DNA of 56,435 bases, counting the filler, from Porpidia crustulata (Eukaryota): the NCBI GenBank assembly GCA_964255105.1. It is 5 parts of 5 records of this genome, joined end to end, with 100 filler letters (N's around TTAATTAATTAA, not from the genome) between each part and the next. Parts side by side here need not be neighbours in the genome. Positions count along the whole stretch, not along the records: positions 1 to 11,228 come from CAXUWE010000685.1; positions 11,329 to 22,555 come from CAXUWE010000686.1; 3 more parts are not named here. One strand, 5' to 3'. A program made the position numbers and the translations under genes. Of this stretch, positions 1 to 12,476 are shown one piece after another; the stretch's first letter is position 1, and each line of letters starts with the position of its first letter. The notes under the pieces are model-generated. The model was not told where the DNA came from. It did no database searches and saw nothing but the letters and a program-made list of their open reading frames with translations.

Positions 1-600
1 GAAAGGAGGAGGAGAGGGAGGGAGAAAAGGCGAGGAAGAAGGGATAGTGAAAGGAAAAGGGGACGGGAAGGGAAAGAGAAGAAGCCAGGCAGGCGCGAAG
101 CAAGAGCCCCATCCATGTAAACCCCCCAAAATCCACAAAATCCACAAAAATCCCAAACACACAAAAACAAACCCATCTCACCTTCATCCATCTATCTCTC
201 ACCCACACCCATCCTACCTCCAAATACCTTCACCTACCTAAACGCCGGTTTCTCAAAGTTATTGCGTTGCCCCTTTTTCAAGACGGGAAGATGGGTTGGG
301 GTTTAGATTAGATAAATTGGTTTTTTTTTGGGTGATTGTGAAGCGAAATTAAGAAGAATGATTCTCATCCCCAGCGTAACGAACAATCGCTAGCAAAACA
401 AAAAGATTCAAACAAAATCGCAACCTCCAATCTTCCACAATCCACAATTTCACACTCCACATACTTCACCCTAAATACCCCCTTACCCCTTACCCCCAAA
501 GCACAATCAAGAACCAGAGACCGGAGCTTGTGACGGCAGTCCATATCTCACTTTTTTAAATTAATATCGTTGATAAGAATTTATAAAAATAATTGTATGT

Positions 601-740
601 TTTAAAAGAAAGGTAGGGTGTTAAAAATAAAGTTAGGGTTTAAAAGAAAGGTAGGGGGTTAAAAAGAAAGGTAGGGGATTAGAAAGAAAAGGTAGGGGTT
701 TAAAAAGAAGGGTAGGGGTTTAAAAAGAAGGGTAGGGGTT
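601..740. repeat. Tandem minisatellite, about 7 copies of a ~20-bp unit (TAAAAAGAAGGGTAGGGGTT-like)
   Basis: Directly visible; the last two units are identical and earlier ones diverge (e.g. ttaaaaataaagttagggtt). Confidence 0.85.
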
Positions 741-1234
741 TGATTTTCTGAAGTCTTGATACGTTGATATGTAGAGTAATTTTACGGGATTGTGTTCATA
801 TGTATTCCGATTGTCAAGCAAATTTTCATCAGAACATCTTTCAGAGATTTTTGAAGCCAAGCCGAAGTTTGGTTGTATATTTTGATGCAGTGGGAAGAGA
901 TTTGTCCTTAGCAAATCTTTGTGTGTAATCCGAGAACAGTTGTACGCCACAAGCGGGTTTGAATTATCTAGCAAAGATCATGCATGACCAATGAAAATTG
1001 ATTAAGATACAAGCTCGAATAATCTATCTATTTAATGAAAGACGCGATCTTTTTGGAAGACCACGCGGAATTGGTGAATCGGAATCCTGTAAGACTGGCA
1101 ACTGTCCGAACTCACTGACGTTTCCACCTGCTTACTTACTGACTTACCTGCGTGCTCGCTCGAGCTGGATGGACCACCTCCAAGTGGTTCCTCGCTTCTG
1201 GCTTTAAAACCTCGATCATGCACTCAGCCTTCCC

Positions 1235-3066
1235 TCAAAAGGCAGTCCCACCAGTGCCTTCACCTGTCAATTTCTCCAGATGCTCCTCCGCCAAATCACT
1301 CTTCAACCCCTCTCGCCGGCTCTCTCTCTCTGCCTTTTCCCACTCCCTCAAACCTTGCCTCTTAACTCTTTGTTTCTCCTCAATTTGTTCCAACAATTTC
1401 TTTTTGTCCTCCTCTATCTGTTGCAGACGCTTCTCGGCTGCTGGATCCAAACCACTAGGTGCGAGCTTCCCGCCGGGGATAATAGCGGGCACAGAGGCGA
1501 GATGCTGTGAGAAGCGTTGGGTACGGGGATAGGTAGTTGAAGAGCTATTGTTGGAGCGGAATGGTGGACGGCCAGAATCGAAAAATTCCCGCGAATCATG
1601 GTACGATGGTCGAGAGTCGTACGGTGGGCGCGAATCATGGTGAGGTCGAGAATTGAACGTTTCTGGACCATCCTGAGCATATGAGCCGCGAGGGCCTGCA
1701 GGCGGACCGTCACGACTGTCGTAATTGTGCTGGCGCGGTGGTGGACCGTTATGCTGCGGTGTTTGATATCCACCTCGTCGAGGAGGACCATAAGGCGCAT
1801 CCCTAGAGCCTCCTCTGCCGAACCCCGGGCCACCACGTGGGCGAGTCGGGGCCGAAAGAAGGGAGGTGCTACTTGGACGATTGTGGGCGGACATGGAAAT
1901 TGGAGCTGATGGTGGGCCAGCGGGTTGATCGCGAGGATAAGGTTCACTATAGTGAGAGCCCGGGCCATTCGGTGGGCCACGACTATCGCCATTACGATAG
2001 CCTTGCCCGTGAGGAGCACCTAACTGTTCGTTGGACCAAGCGCTAGGTGTGGTACCGTTGTGGAATTCTTCGTGCCTACGTGGTGGTGGCGGCGACTCGC
2101 GTCTCCGTGGAAGAGGAGAGCGTTGACGGTAAGTTAGCCCATCACGCGGTCGTGCACGTGGAACAGGAGAGTATGCTCTTCTAGGAGGTGATCTATCACG
2201 ATATGCTGGAGATCTTGGAACTTGCGGCCCACGGGAGGCAGGGTAGACCGGAGATCGCGTGTCAGATCCGGCAACTGCCATTCTTTCGGGATGCATATGA
2301 GGCGAGGAGCGGTGCGAAGATATAGGAGATGCAACACGAGAGACATGCTCGGAGCGACGGATCAAAGAGCGAGAACGCTCTCTTGGTGCTGGTCTGTAAT
2401 TGTTCTCCCTAGGAAATCTGGATTCTCTTGGAGGCGAATAGCCGCGTCTTTCATACATATCTCGTGGCAGCGGGGATGCGACCCTCTCTTTTACTGTTGG
2501 AGGTGAACGCAGACGACGGTCAACGATTGGCGATGGGTCTCTGCGTCTCTTTGGGGGTTGGGGTGACCTTCCGCGACCTTGCCCATTCATGGGAGACCTA
2601 GAATATCGACGTGCCCTTGGAGGTGATCTGACGTATGCGTCCCTTCGAGGGGAGAATGTACGTGGAGGCGATCTAGGTCGACCTCTGTAGCCGCCTCTGT
2701 CTCTCCCTCTGAAAGCAGGGCTTCGCGAGCGACGCCGATTTGAGCGGCTTTGAGGTCTATCAACACGATCGTCGGCTGGGGCGTAGGTATCCATGTATTG
2801 TTGAGGTGTGCGACCTCTGCGAGGAGGCGAACGCTCTACGCGATAGTTGTTTCCCCTAGGTGGAGAACGACCATTATGCTCGACTGGTCGATATGCTTCT
2901 CCGCCCAGAGCCCTATCATCATCATGGTATCTACGAGCACATAAATTAGCGATTGGGACGACTGTAAGATCTCGCAATATTTGCAATCTCGGAAACCAAG
3001 GCGATGCCTTCAGATGGGTCTGTATTCGAAAGGCTGGAGGTGAACTCACCTTCGACCTCTGTCCAT
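1235..3066 (-). CDS. Arg/Ser/Pro-rich (SR-repetitive-matrix-like) protein with C-terminal coiled coil
   Basis: ATG at 3066, 17-nt exon 1, intron 3049-2931 (GTGAGT...GCTAAT...TAG), giving MDRGRRYHDDDR in frame with the 604-aa ORF. Many RSP/RRSRSP repeats; C-terminal coiled coil AEKRLQQIEEDKKKLLEQIEEKQ. Confidence 0.85.
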
Positions 3067-3561
3067 CGTGCCGTAGATCTTTACGAAGTGAGGTCAGACC
3101 TTAGATCAGATGGAAGTTCCAAGCAGTGCTTGAATATGATGTAACTCGAGAGATTCACTATGAATCTCCCGATTGTATTGTTGGCTGTTGGGCAATGTAG
3201 TAGTATCTTATGCTGTGATGAAGCCTAGCTTCGCGTCTTAACAAATATTTCCAAAAATTTGGCGCGCTAAGCCGCTTTAGGGGCCAAAGGCTGGATTATC
3301 GCGACAAAACCCTAAAAGGCAGTGACAAGTTCCGCGAAAAGGCTAGCAAGATTCATATGTGTATGACTTAGCCTTTGGTATTGAGATCCATTGAATCATT
3401 CCAGTCATCATGATCTTGTCTCGATTTACACCGATACCTGGATCCGGACATGGGCTTCGACATTGAATAGGATTCACATTTATATACGTATTCACGATTT
3501 CTTCAATCTTGGACGGAGCATCTTTGAAGCCGCACGAGAAGAATCTTGTATTCGTTCCACG

Positions 3562-5309
3562 CTAGCGTTTTGCCCTCTTCTCTTCATCCCTCTTCTGCCT
3601 CTTACGCTGACTAGCTATCATGTCACTCAAATCTTCTTGGAAACCCCATTGACCCTGCTCTTCCTTCTTTTGTGCTTCATACAACCTCTTCATGTCCTCT
3701 TTGTCCATCCCATCTTTGGCTTGTAATGTATCAGGATCCATGGCTACTTCCACATCACCTGGCTTCTTACGCTTTCTACTATCTTCTTCCCCTAGAACCG
3801 GAAGACCACTTTGAGCAGCCTTCAGATCGTAGGTACGATCACCTCCAAAGAAACCTGTTACCTTGGCTTGCTGTTCGGGGATGACTTGATACGCCGTCCG
3901 CGGGTGTGTTGACTCCTCTGTATCTATACCGCGTCTTTGCTTCCGTAGATCAAACTCACCCGCTACACTTTCGGCACCACCATATTCTGATGGCACCGTA
4001 GATGCCATACCCCCGGGAGTTTCGGTCCCACTGGGTGTCTGTAAGCCTGTACCAGCCTCCTCTGCATTGTCATCTTCATCTTCTTCATCACTCTCCTCTT
4101 CCTCGGACTCTTCTTCAGGCTCTTGTAGCTCGCCCCACAAAGTCTTCTCTACCGGCTCGCCTAATTGGGCGTTCTGCTGAGGTTGGAGTACACCGAAGAT
4201 ATCACCTCCATAAAGGGGTCGATTGTATTCATCAACAGGTGGCTTACCATATCCGCCAGGGTGAAAACCCCATTGGCCTCCTGGTGGAGGGGGAGCATTA
4301 AGCCCTGGGATCTTAAGAGCAGGATATGACGGCGGAGGACCGAAACGCTGTTGATTAATCAGCCATGGCGGCGGGGCGCCGGGTGGGATGTTCAGAGCTT
4401 CTTTCAACTCTTCGCTGAGCTCACCAGGTCGGAGATGTTTGAGGTTTGTCTCGTATTCCTTACCCTCATAGTACACCTCCCCGTAACGCGTAAGCTCCGG
4501 TTTTGTCTGAAATCGAAAGAAAGCTTCATATAACTTTTGGTAATCGATATCAAGTTTGCCCATCTTAGGCTGGACTCTCTCACGCTGCTTCTGCTTTAGG
4601 CTCGCTTGATCTTGCTTTTCTAATACTGCGTCTCGCATCTCTGCGATCCCGGTTTCTTGGATGAATTTGGGTAATGCAAAAGGAGGTTTCTCTACACCAC
4701 GTTTCGAGGACAAATACTCCCGCTTGAGCGACCAATGTGTAGGTACCGGGACAACATTTCGATATGCTTTGATGTGTACTAATAGGCGAGGATCCGATGC
4801 AGAAGTATCTGTCCAGTCCACTGTTTCTGGCTTTTGGACTAAAGCCTTCAATTCTGCTACCGAGAGCTTATTTTGCTCTTTCCTCTTCTTTTTGGACATT
4901 TTTGGCACTCCCTGCTCCTCATCCTCGTCGGGTATCTCATCGTCTTCATCGAAATATATTTCAGGTTTTTCAAGCTCTTTCGTAGATACATCTTCTTTAT
5001 CGGCTTGCTCGAATCTTCCCATTACATCTTTGTACATCTCGTACAACGGATCGGTTTCATCCGTTCCATCGATCTCCTCATCTTGATCCTTCGTGTTGTT
5101 TCTGGTGACATCTTTTACTTCAGCCGAATGTGCAGTGGGTGCTAGGTCTTCAGGTTTGACAGTCGGCTCTGGGGTTGGTGAGCTCGTTTCCTGTGCGGTA
5201 CATTAGTAGGGTCAGTATTGCTAAGATAGGTACTAACTTCAACATGTTTGGCAGCCTTCTTCTTAGCCCTCCTGATCTGATTCTTTGAGGGCTTCACGGC
5301 CGACGGCAT
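3562..5309 (-). CDS. CUS1: U2 snRNP splicing factor 3B subunit 2 (SF3B2/SAP145/Cus1)
   Basis: Motifs VPVPTHWSLKREYLSSKRG, PKMGKLDIDYQKLYEAFF and the PSP region PPWLINQQRFGPPPSYP. ATG at 5309; intron 5237-5191 (GTTAGT...CTAAT...CAG) keeps frame. Confidence 0.95.
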
Positions 5310-5801
5310 CGTTGCTACTATATTTTAAGTCAAGTCCAACCTGACGGTCGCGATAATTTGTATTCAGAGCGTAGAAAATAGTAACACAATTATCATATAG
5401 TTGACGTCGCAGTTGTGAGTTTAGTCATGTACAAGACTTGAAATTAAGCAGCCCCCCATTAAATACCACGCTAGTCCAAGTCCAGCGCAAGTGTCATTAA
5501 GGCAGCTCAAGAGTAGGTAACGACTCACTTCTTTGACAAAATGAAGTTGTACATGACAGTTATACAGCATGTGAACAATTGTCGAAGAAACAGAGTAGCG
5601 CCGAAGCTTGGCGTTGGAAACAGAGCTTGTGTACTGCACATAATGTCTGACATTTTTGTTCTATCAAGTGACCCCGTAAGAATTTCATTTACAATATATC
5701 ACTAACTACTGAAATCTTAGAATAACATAAAATTCCGAATCGCTTGCGCCTTATCAAGTGGTCCGAGAACTCCAACGCTATGCAATGTAATATACTAAGT
5801 T

Positions 5802-6322
5802 TCAAGCCTTGGGTTTGGGCACAGGAGGAGCTACAGCCTTCTTCTTCCCCTTGAACTTCTTCGAATCTGTAAGGAAATGATTTAGCGTCTCAGTATTCAG
5901 CTTTGGGAAATACACAGCGCGTACCTGCCGCTGTCCTCCTTTTCTTAGGCGCGCCCTTGCCTCTTTGTTTTGCCCTGTTGGAGGTTATTAGCCTTTCGTA
6001 CACTGAAACCCGATGGGCCCTGTGCTCATACAGCTCGATATGTTCAAGTCGATCTTCTTCATCGTCATCCCAGGTGTCAAGATCCGGGTAAAGCTTTTTC
6101 AAGTCCTTGAACGTTGCCACTCGTCTTGGATAATATGCAGCCACCGAGGGGCCTTTCAACCTCTGGCGTAAGACTTTGGCTCCGGTTCGTAGGCGCTCTG
6201 GATTATAAGAGTGGGAGAATATGCGGCATTGTGTCTTTCGTTGTTAACAGAAATTATGCAAAGTACTGGAATTGGAAAATCACCTTCATTAGGTCGAGTA
6301 TGCGTGACCTTGCGACCGTCAT
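5802..6322 (-). CDS. RSM27: Mitochondrial small-subunit ribosomal protein mS33 (Rsm27)
   Basis: Spliced product MTVARSRILDLMK-TQCRIFSHSYNPERLRTGAKVLRQRLKGPSVAAYYPRR...DEEDRLEH...KQRGKGAPKK. Three short introns; an alternative in-frame ATG lies at 6340. Confidence 0.9.
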
Positions 6323-6494
6323 TGTGCCAGGTCCAGACATGTAGAAGGCACGTCTGAAATCACCAAGTTGGAATCGGGCAGGGCTAACGACACACGGTGC
6401 CACGCTAACCGCCTTATAGCCTTACAGCCCTACCTTCGAGTATGTACCTACTTCGTCAACTTTCAACGGCCTTGTCAATTACCAGTAACGAGCC

Positions 6495-7598
6495 ATGTCA
6501 AGAAAAAGGAGCCTTGACGATGGCTCCAATGGCATGATGGCGTCTCATAAAAAGTATAGAATCACAAATACGGTCTGATCCCATCAGTCAAATTAATCAC
6601 GAAGAATTGCTGATAAGAATCACCGAGAGCAGCTCATAAGTGCTGATGAGCCAAAATCCAACCAAAAGTTTCGAAAGTCATTGAATTTTCCAGCATCTAC
6701 ATCTTCAGTTGACGGAACATCGTCTGCGCATTCCCCCCAATATCCCAATGATATTCCACGAGAGACCCCGTCTAGCGGACTTCCTAGAACTTTACCCGTA
6801 TTACCTATTATCCTTAACAGATCCCTTGCAGATGTACCTTTCACTCATCAGGGTGTCCTTGGCGGTCGTGCAACATCCGACGTTAATATGAGCTATGATC
6901 GACTCGAGTTCCTTGGCGATGCCTACATTGAATTAATAGCGACGCGTCTCCTATTCCTTCGGTTTCCAGAATTACCTGCTGGTAGATTGTCACAGAAACG
7001 AGAATTTCTCGTTAAGAATGAGACCTTAGCGGAGTTCTCTCTGGCTTACGGATTTGACAGGAAAGCAAACATACCGAAATTTCAATCTGGAGAGCAGGAT
7101 AAAAGCAAAGTTTGGACTAAGATCATGGGTGATGTATTTGAAGCTTACGTTGCTGCCGTCATCCTCTCGGATCCCGCAGATGGTTTTACTGTGGCAGAGA
7201 CCTGGCTGACCGGACTATGGGAACCCAAGATTTCTCAGCCTGACAATATCGGGACGTGGGATCCAAATGCTAAAGTTCAGCTAGCCAACAGGATCATGGG
7301 CAAGGGCATCAAGATCCAGTATCGAGATGAGGCTCCACCCGATGTTATCAAGAAAGAAGGCAAAATAGTATTTCACGTCGGCGTGTATCTCACAGGTTGG
7401 GGTTGGGAAAATACGCACTTAGGATCTGGTTCAGGATTGAATAAGAACATTGCCGGGAGTCAGGCAGCAACCAAAGCGCTATCAAATTCCCTGACAGCAC
7501 AGATCGAGGCAATCAAGCGCAAATTTGATACCAAACGCTTGAGCGAGACATGCGATAAGATAGCCGGGCCTGTGAACCCTGAACTGCCAGTTGGGTAG
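6495..7598 (+). CDS. Ribonuclease III (Pac1/Rnt1-like) with C-terminal dsRNA-binding domain
   Basis: RNase III signature DRLEFLGDAYIEL and GDVFEAYVAAV with acidic catalytic residues intact; dsRBD-like AKVQLAN...GSGSGLNKNIAGSQAATKAL. ATG at 6495 with a probable short intron from 6573. Confidence 0.9.
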
Positions 7599-7827
7599 AG
7601 GACCTTTGTGACAGCAATCACTACTAGAACGTCTGACCATGCGAGTATATAAACATGGCGCCCATATGAGACTGATCACTAATCGCGCTCCGATTGGTTG
7701 TCATTTTACGAATGTTTTCTCGAGACACAATCTTTCCCTACTTCAAAAGAAAAAAATCCTAGGCAAGCCCACTAACTTGATGCTCCATCAATAGTATATA
7801 AAATCGCAGATGGCTGATCGGTATGTC

Positions 7828-10225
7828 TTATGGGTCGTTCATCCACGGAACTCGACCATACTTTGCCTCCCAAGTACGAATATTTTGATGATATTCCGTG
7901 TACTAATGATTGTCACAACTAGCTTCATAATTTGAGCACTGGAGGGAGCACAAACCTTGACAGGATCCGACAAGATTTCTGCAGCCTCGCCAACCGTCTT
8001 GGCCTGCTCGTCTATGGCAATCTTCTCCTCCATCGAAATGCCGGGCTTCTTTCGCTTTAGCATATCGGGGTGAACCTTGATGCGCATCTTCTTTGCCGCA
8101 CCCACAATTCTACACCTACAGTCAGCAAATTCCAATTCGATGGAAGAAGAACCACGAACTCTTGAGCGGAGGCATATTGGGGAATCTCCAGAGTTCTGTA
8201 ATGATTCGGAGGTGGGTCTTCAATAGGAGTCGCATCATTTGTCTGCCCCCATGGAGGGATACTCGATTGGAGAAATGGATTATCCGGTCTCTCTGGTTCG
8301 AATCCATGATTTCCGCGCTGATTTCTGATTTGTTTGAACCAATCAGGGCTCGGAGAGCGTTCAACCCTCATGCGGTCAAAAAGATAATATGGATCTGGCG
8401 TTCTTCCAAGTGGGCTATGCTTGAATGTCGAACCCCTGCCCCTGTCTATTGGGTTCTGGCCATGGCCTGAGCTCGCAGAGTTTCCTACACCAGGACAGTC
8501 CCTTTGGTAACTTTCCTGGTTCGCTTGACTAAATCGTGCGCTATGTCTTTCCGAGGCTCCAGCAGAATTGCTATTCCATTCTCGGTTGAGAAAGCTTGAA
8601 GGGCTTTGTTCAGTGAATGGTACACTCCTGGATGTACCGCCAGCATTATAGAATCCATCGAACAGCCCATACTCCCGATTACTACTTTGTGCAATGCCAT
8701 CCGATTCGCGTTTTTGGGCCTTTGCCCTGCCTTCCCTAGCAGCGTATGACAGCGGGCTTTGCTCTCCATGCTTGTTTCCAGAGAATCTTTGATGTATAGG
8801 ATATGCACCATAAGGATCTCGTATGTTAGCATCATCATTGTACTCTTTGTCAAAATCTTCCCTTTCATGATATCCTCCGAACCTACGTCAACGAGGGAAG
8901 TCGTCGCTTCCGCCTCCTCTCATATTCACACCATTGCCATCAGAATGACCATCTTCATCGTGTTTGCTATTATCGAAGTTACGGCTTTTATCTCCTTCCG
9001 ATACCCTATTAAATGAGCGCCGCCCACTACGCTGACTCCGCTGGTTGTGGTTGGTCAACACAGAAGACCGTCTCGATGTTGCTTCGGACTTGTCGCCTCG
9101 GTCAGAATCTTCGTATACAGTGCTGGGAATTGCCACGTTCCGGGATGATCTCCCGGCATTCGCAGACCTTGCAGAGTCTCTTTCTGATATTTTACCACCT
9201 GGTCTTGGCCATTGCTGCGAGGGACGCGCGTTGGTACCTTTTGACTGTGTTAGAGAATTGCTTCCAGGAGGAGACGCAATCTGGGATGGCTGTTGAGGTC
9301 GGGGACCTGGAACTTGGCCACGGGAACGGTTCTGAGAGGAGCCTCGATTTGGATCTCGGACTGGACCTCGGTTTGGATCTTGCGAGTAATTTTGGGATAC
9401 ATCTTGAGGCGGACCTCGGGCAGGGCCCGCTTGGGAAGAGCCTTGGGCGGGTCCGCCTTGAGAGGGGCCTTGTACTGATCCAGCTTGGGAAGGGCCTCGA
9501 GTAGATCTGGCTTGCGAAGAGCCCCGAGCAGGACCGCCTTCGGAAAAGCCTCGAGAAGCTGGTCCACTCGACCCTTGCGCCTGTTGCAACGGATGACCTT
9601 GGTAATAGCCGTCAGCCTCCCCATGTCCCGGAGGAGGTCCAGCAGGAGCGCTCGGCCGCGAGCCCTCATTCTCAGCGGGCACTTGCTCAGGGGCAATCGA
9701 TCGACGTCCAATGCGGCTACCACCGCGTTCCTCATCACTTCTCCCACCACCACCCATACGCGACCCTGAAATGCGTCGACTCCACCGCTCCTCCCGCTCC
9801 GCTCGAGCCTTTTCCTCCTCCGGCGACGACCCGCCGAGCATACTCTGCAGCGTCGTTCCCATAACATCAACAAGCACATCCCGAGTTCGTACGCGGCGAT
9901 GCGGCGCATTCGATATCTTGCCCTGGAATCGCCGTGCGCCTACCTCACCTACCTCATACACTGTGGTTCCGCTCAACCTTTCCCGGTCGCTCTCTTTGTT
10001 CGGACGTTCGCCGCCCCTGTGCGTACGTCTCCTGTGACCGTGCGTCGATCTGCGCATCCGTCGCTCCTCCTGCTGCTTCTTCAGCAGCGCTTCGTGCTCG
10101 TGCCACTTTTCCGTCTTACAGCCCCATTGGTCGCGCCGGCCAGCTTCTTTGTCGGACTCGTAGTCCTCGAGGGCGTCGCGGGCGTCTTCGACGCGGCGGG
10201 AGAGGCGGTCGTACAAGGTGGGCAT
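7828..10225 (-). pseudogene. Long low-complexity protein with C-terminal J-domain, interrupted by one in-frame TGA at 8888-8890
   Basis: The frame from ATG 10225 stays open past TGA 8888 into ORF 8057-8371. After two short introns it reads NHYRTLEIPQYASAQEIVGAAKKMRIKVHPD...AAEILSDPVK-YTEY, a J-domain with HPD motif. Confidence 0.65.
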
Positions 10226-11228
10226 GGTGTGCTTCTTTCTGGTTTTGAGGGTGTAAGGGGGCTTCGGGGCTGAAATCCAAAATACGATGTGCAAGATGAT
10301 AAGAGAAATAGTTTATTGATTGCCGAAAATTGTGGAATTCAAGATCCAGGAACAAAAGAAAAACCCGGGCAAAAGCTCAGGATTTTATACCCCCCACCCC
10401 CGCGGGACCTGAAGAAGACGGAGTCACAAATCGTCATGAAATGGCAGAAGTATGATACACACCATCCATCCATTTTCACCGACCTACCTACCCCCTACCT
10501 CACCCCTAATTCCTATGAGCCAAATCACCTTGATGAATATCCCATCCGTGACTACACAAGGCACGCAGTCCATCCGCACGTGCATCTTGCTCTGCTAGAG
10601 GTTTGCAAACTTTATTTCAATATGAGATTAGGATACTGGCAGGTAACCCTCGACTTATATAGAGCGCAGAAGGAGATGGAAATTCGATGGTTTTGATGAA
10701 TGAGATAGGAAGGGTGGTAGATGCTATCTCGATGATGCAGACAGATATACGAGTGTGCCATTCGATCGCAGGACTTTCTACACATATGAAGGAGAAAGAC
10801 ACGCTTGGAGAAATCGGGGTTTGGGTAGCGATGCTATAGTAGGGTAAAATAGATTCGGGGAATCACGAAATGGCGCAAAGACCGTCAACAAAAAATATGG
10901 ACGTGGAGCTGATATCGAAACTTCGCCGTCGTGATATCCTACGCCAGGATGCCGCTTTGCAGGCACTCAGGCCGGGGATTCCCGTCAGTCTTTCACGTCG
11001 GGGGTATCTATGGCAAACGTGTACGTTGAGTTTCTCCTGTTTATACAATCACATATTTCTCCTAATTTCAAATGGACGAGTCGCAGGATGTGAACACTTG
11101 CGATTCGTGCTGCGGTTACGAATGGGGTTTTAAATTATTTTCGAGGTGATGCGTAAAACGCCCCGTGCTGTTTCTTGCGGGTTAGGATACCGTCCGCGTA
11201 ATGCTGAATATACAAGCCCCTCCAAATC

Positions 11229-11328
11229 NNNNNNNNNNNNNNNNNNNNNNNNNNNNNNNNNNNNNNNNNNNNTTAATTAATTAANNNNNNNNNNNNNNNN
11301 NNNNNNNNNNNNNNNNNNNNNNNNNNNN
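11229..11328. other. Artificial contig spacer (N run containing TTAATTAATTAA)
   Basis: 100-nt N block with a six-frame stop linker. Confidence 0.97.
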
Positions 11329-12476
11329 GGGGTTTTGAGATGGGGGGTTTTTGAGAGGAGGCTGTGGGATGCTTAATGCTTGCCACTTTAGCGGGCAAGA
11401 AGATCGAGGATGATGCTTTTATTCTACGGCCTGAATGGAGAGTCAGAATGTTGAAATACAGAATTCTTACAAGTAGAAAAGGGCTTGATCCAGAAATAGT
11501 AGCTGACTACTAAAAAAAGACAAGAAATATCGAGACGATGAAATATCTTCTAATAGATCGAGTGACTACTGCTTGAGTGAATTTGACTGGTCATCTGTCG
11601 TCGTTGAACTTGGGCGCACAGACGGTGTCATCTCCCGTAAGACGCTTCGTGAATGATAGAAATCTTATGATGAAAGAAGGTTAACGAGTTATACGCGACA
11701 AGAGGGATCATAAAGGGGACTGCGACTGAGATATCGAATTCTCTTGCACGACTGAAGAGCTTGTCCATACTGAAACTTTCTGTAGTTTAAAGTCTAGAAC
11801 TTTTTTCTGATTGATGAGGTCCTTGCCTACCTAGCTCTTTTACTCGTAGATATTCCCTCTCTTCCGCTCTAAAGAATCTCATAGTCGGTAGACTGTTTCG
11901 AATAGACTGTTCTTGTGATCATATTCTTTAATTCTGAGAGTTAAGTCAGCATCGGCCGGGAGGGGGCTTTTTCTTTAGAATTCACATTTTCTGATGTATC
12001 TTGAGGTTACGGTTTTTGGTATTGGATGTGTTTCCCCGCGAAGAAGCTTTTTCGTTATCCCGACGTGGATACTATTTCTGTTGAATAGGAGAAACGGTCT
12101 GGATTGATAGACATCTACTGGTATACTGAGGTTTGGAGCTCGCTCATTCTATAATGTGCAACGCTTGCTGTTCTGTGGGGATAGGAAGCTGGGTGTATAG
12201 CAGGTAAAGGAGTCTAGTGAGGCAAATTACTAACATGAGGTTTTAGGGCTTTCCAAGAATCCTCTTTTTACCCTCTTCCACTCGTCCAGTCCATCTGGCT
12301 GGTGCAGAAAATCAACTTCTTGCGTACACCAAATTATCCCCGGGGCGGACTAAGCAGTACCGAAGACCCAGGAATCGTGGATGCTCCAAAGATTCAGGCA
12401 GCTCAGCGAACAATAGATGGATCGTATTTTTTTCTCGATATTAAGTTGTCATAATCAAGGTGCAACATTTTATCCC

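Noticed and set aside
1..241. Purine-rich, Arg/Lys/Gly-rich reading frames at the window start
   Set aside because: May be the 3' end of a gene cut by the contig edge, but low complexity prevents choosing a frame or product.
9013..10355. Multiple overlapping ORFs in alternative frames and on the opposite strand
   Set aside because: Shadow ORFs of a GC-rich, repetitive coding region.
10289..10696. 135-aa ORF on the + strand
   Set aside because: Non-ATG start, no recognisable domain, and it overlaps the upstream region of the J-domain gene; cannot be supported as a gene.
11273..11284. TTAATTAATTAA palindrome recurring about every 11.3 kb
   Set aside because: Assembly linker embedded in Ns, not biological.
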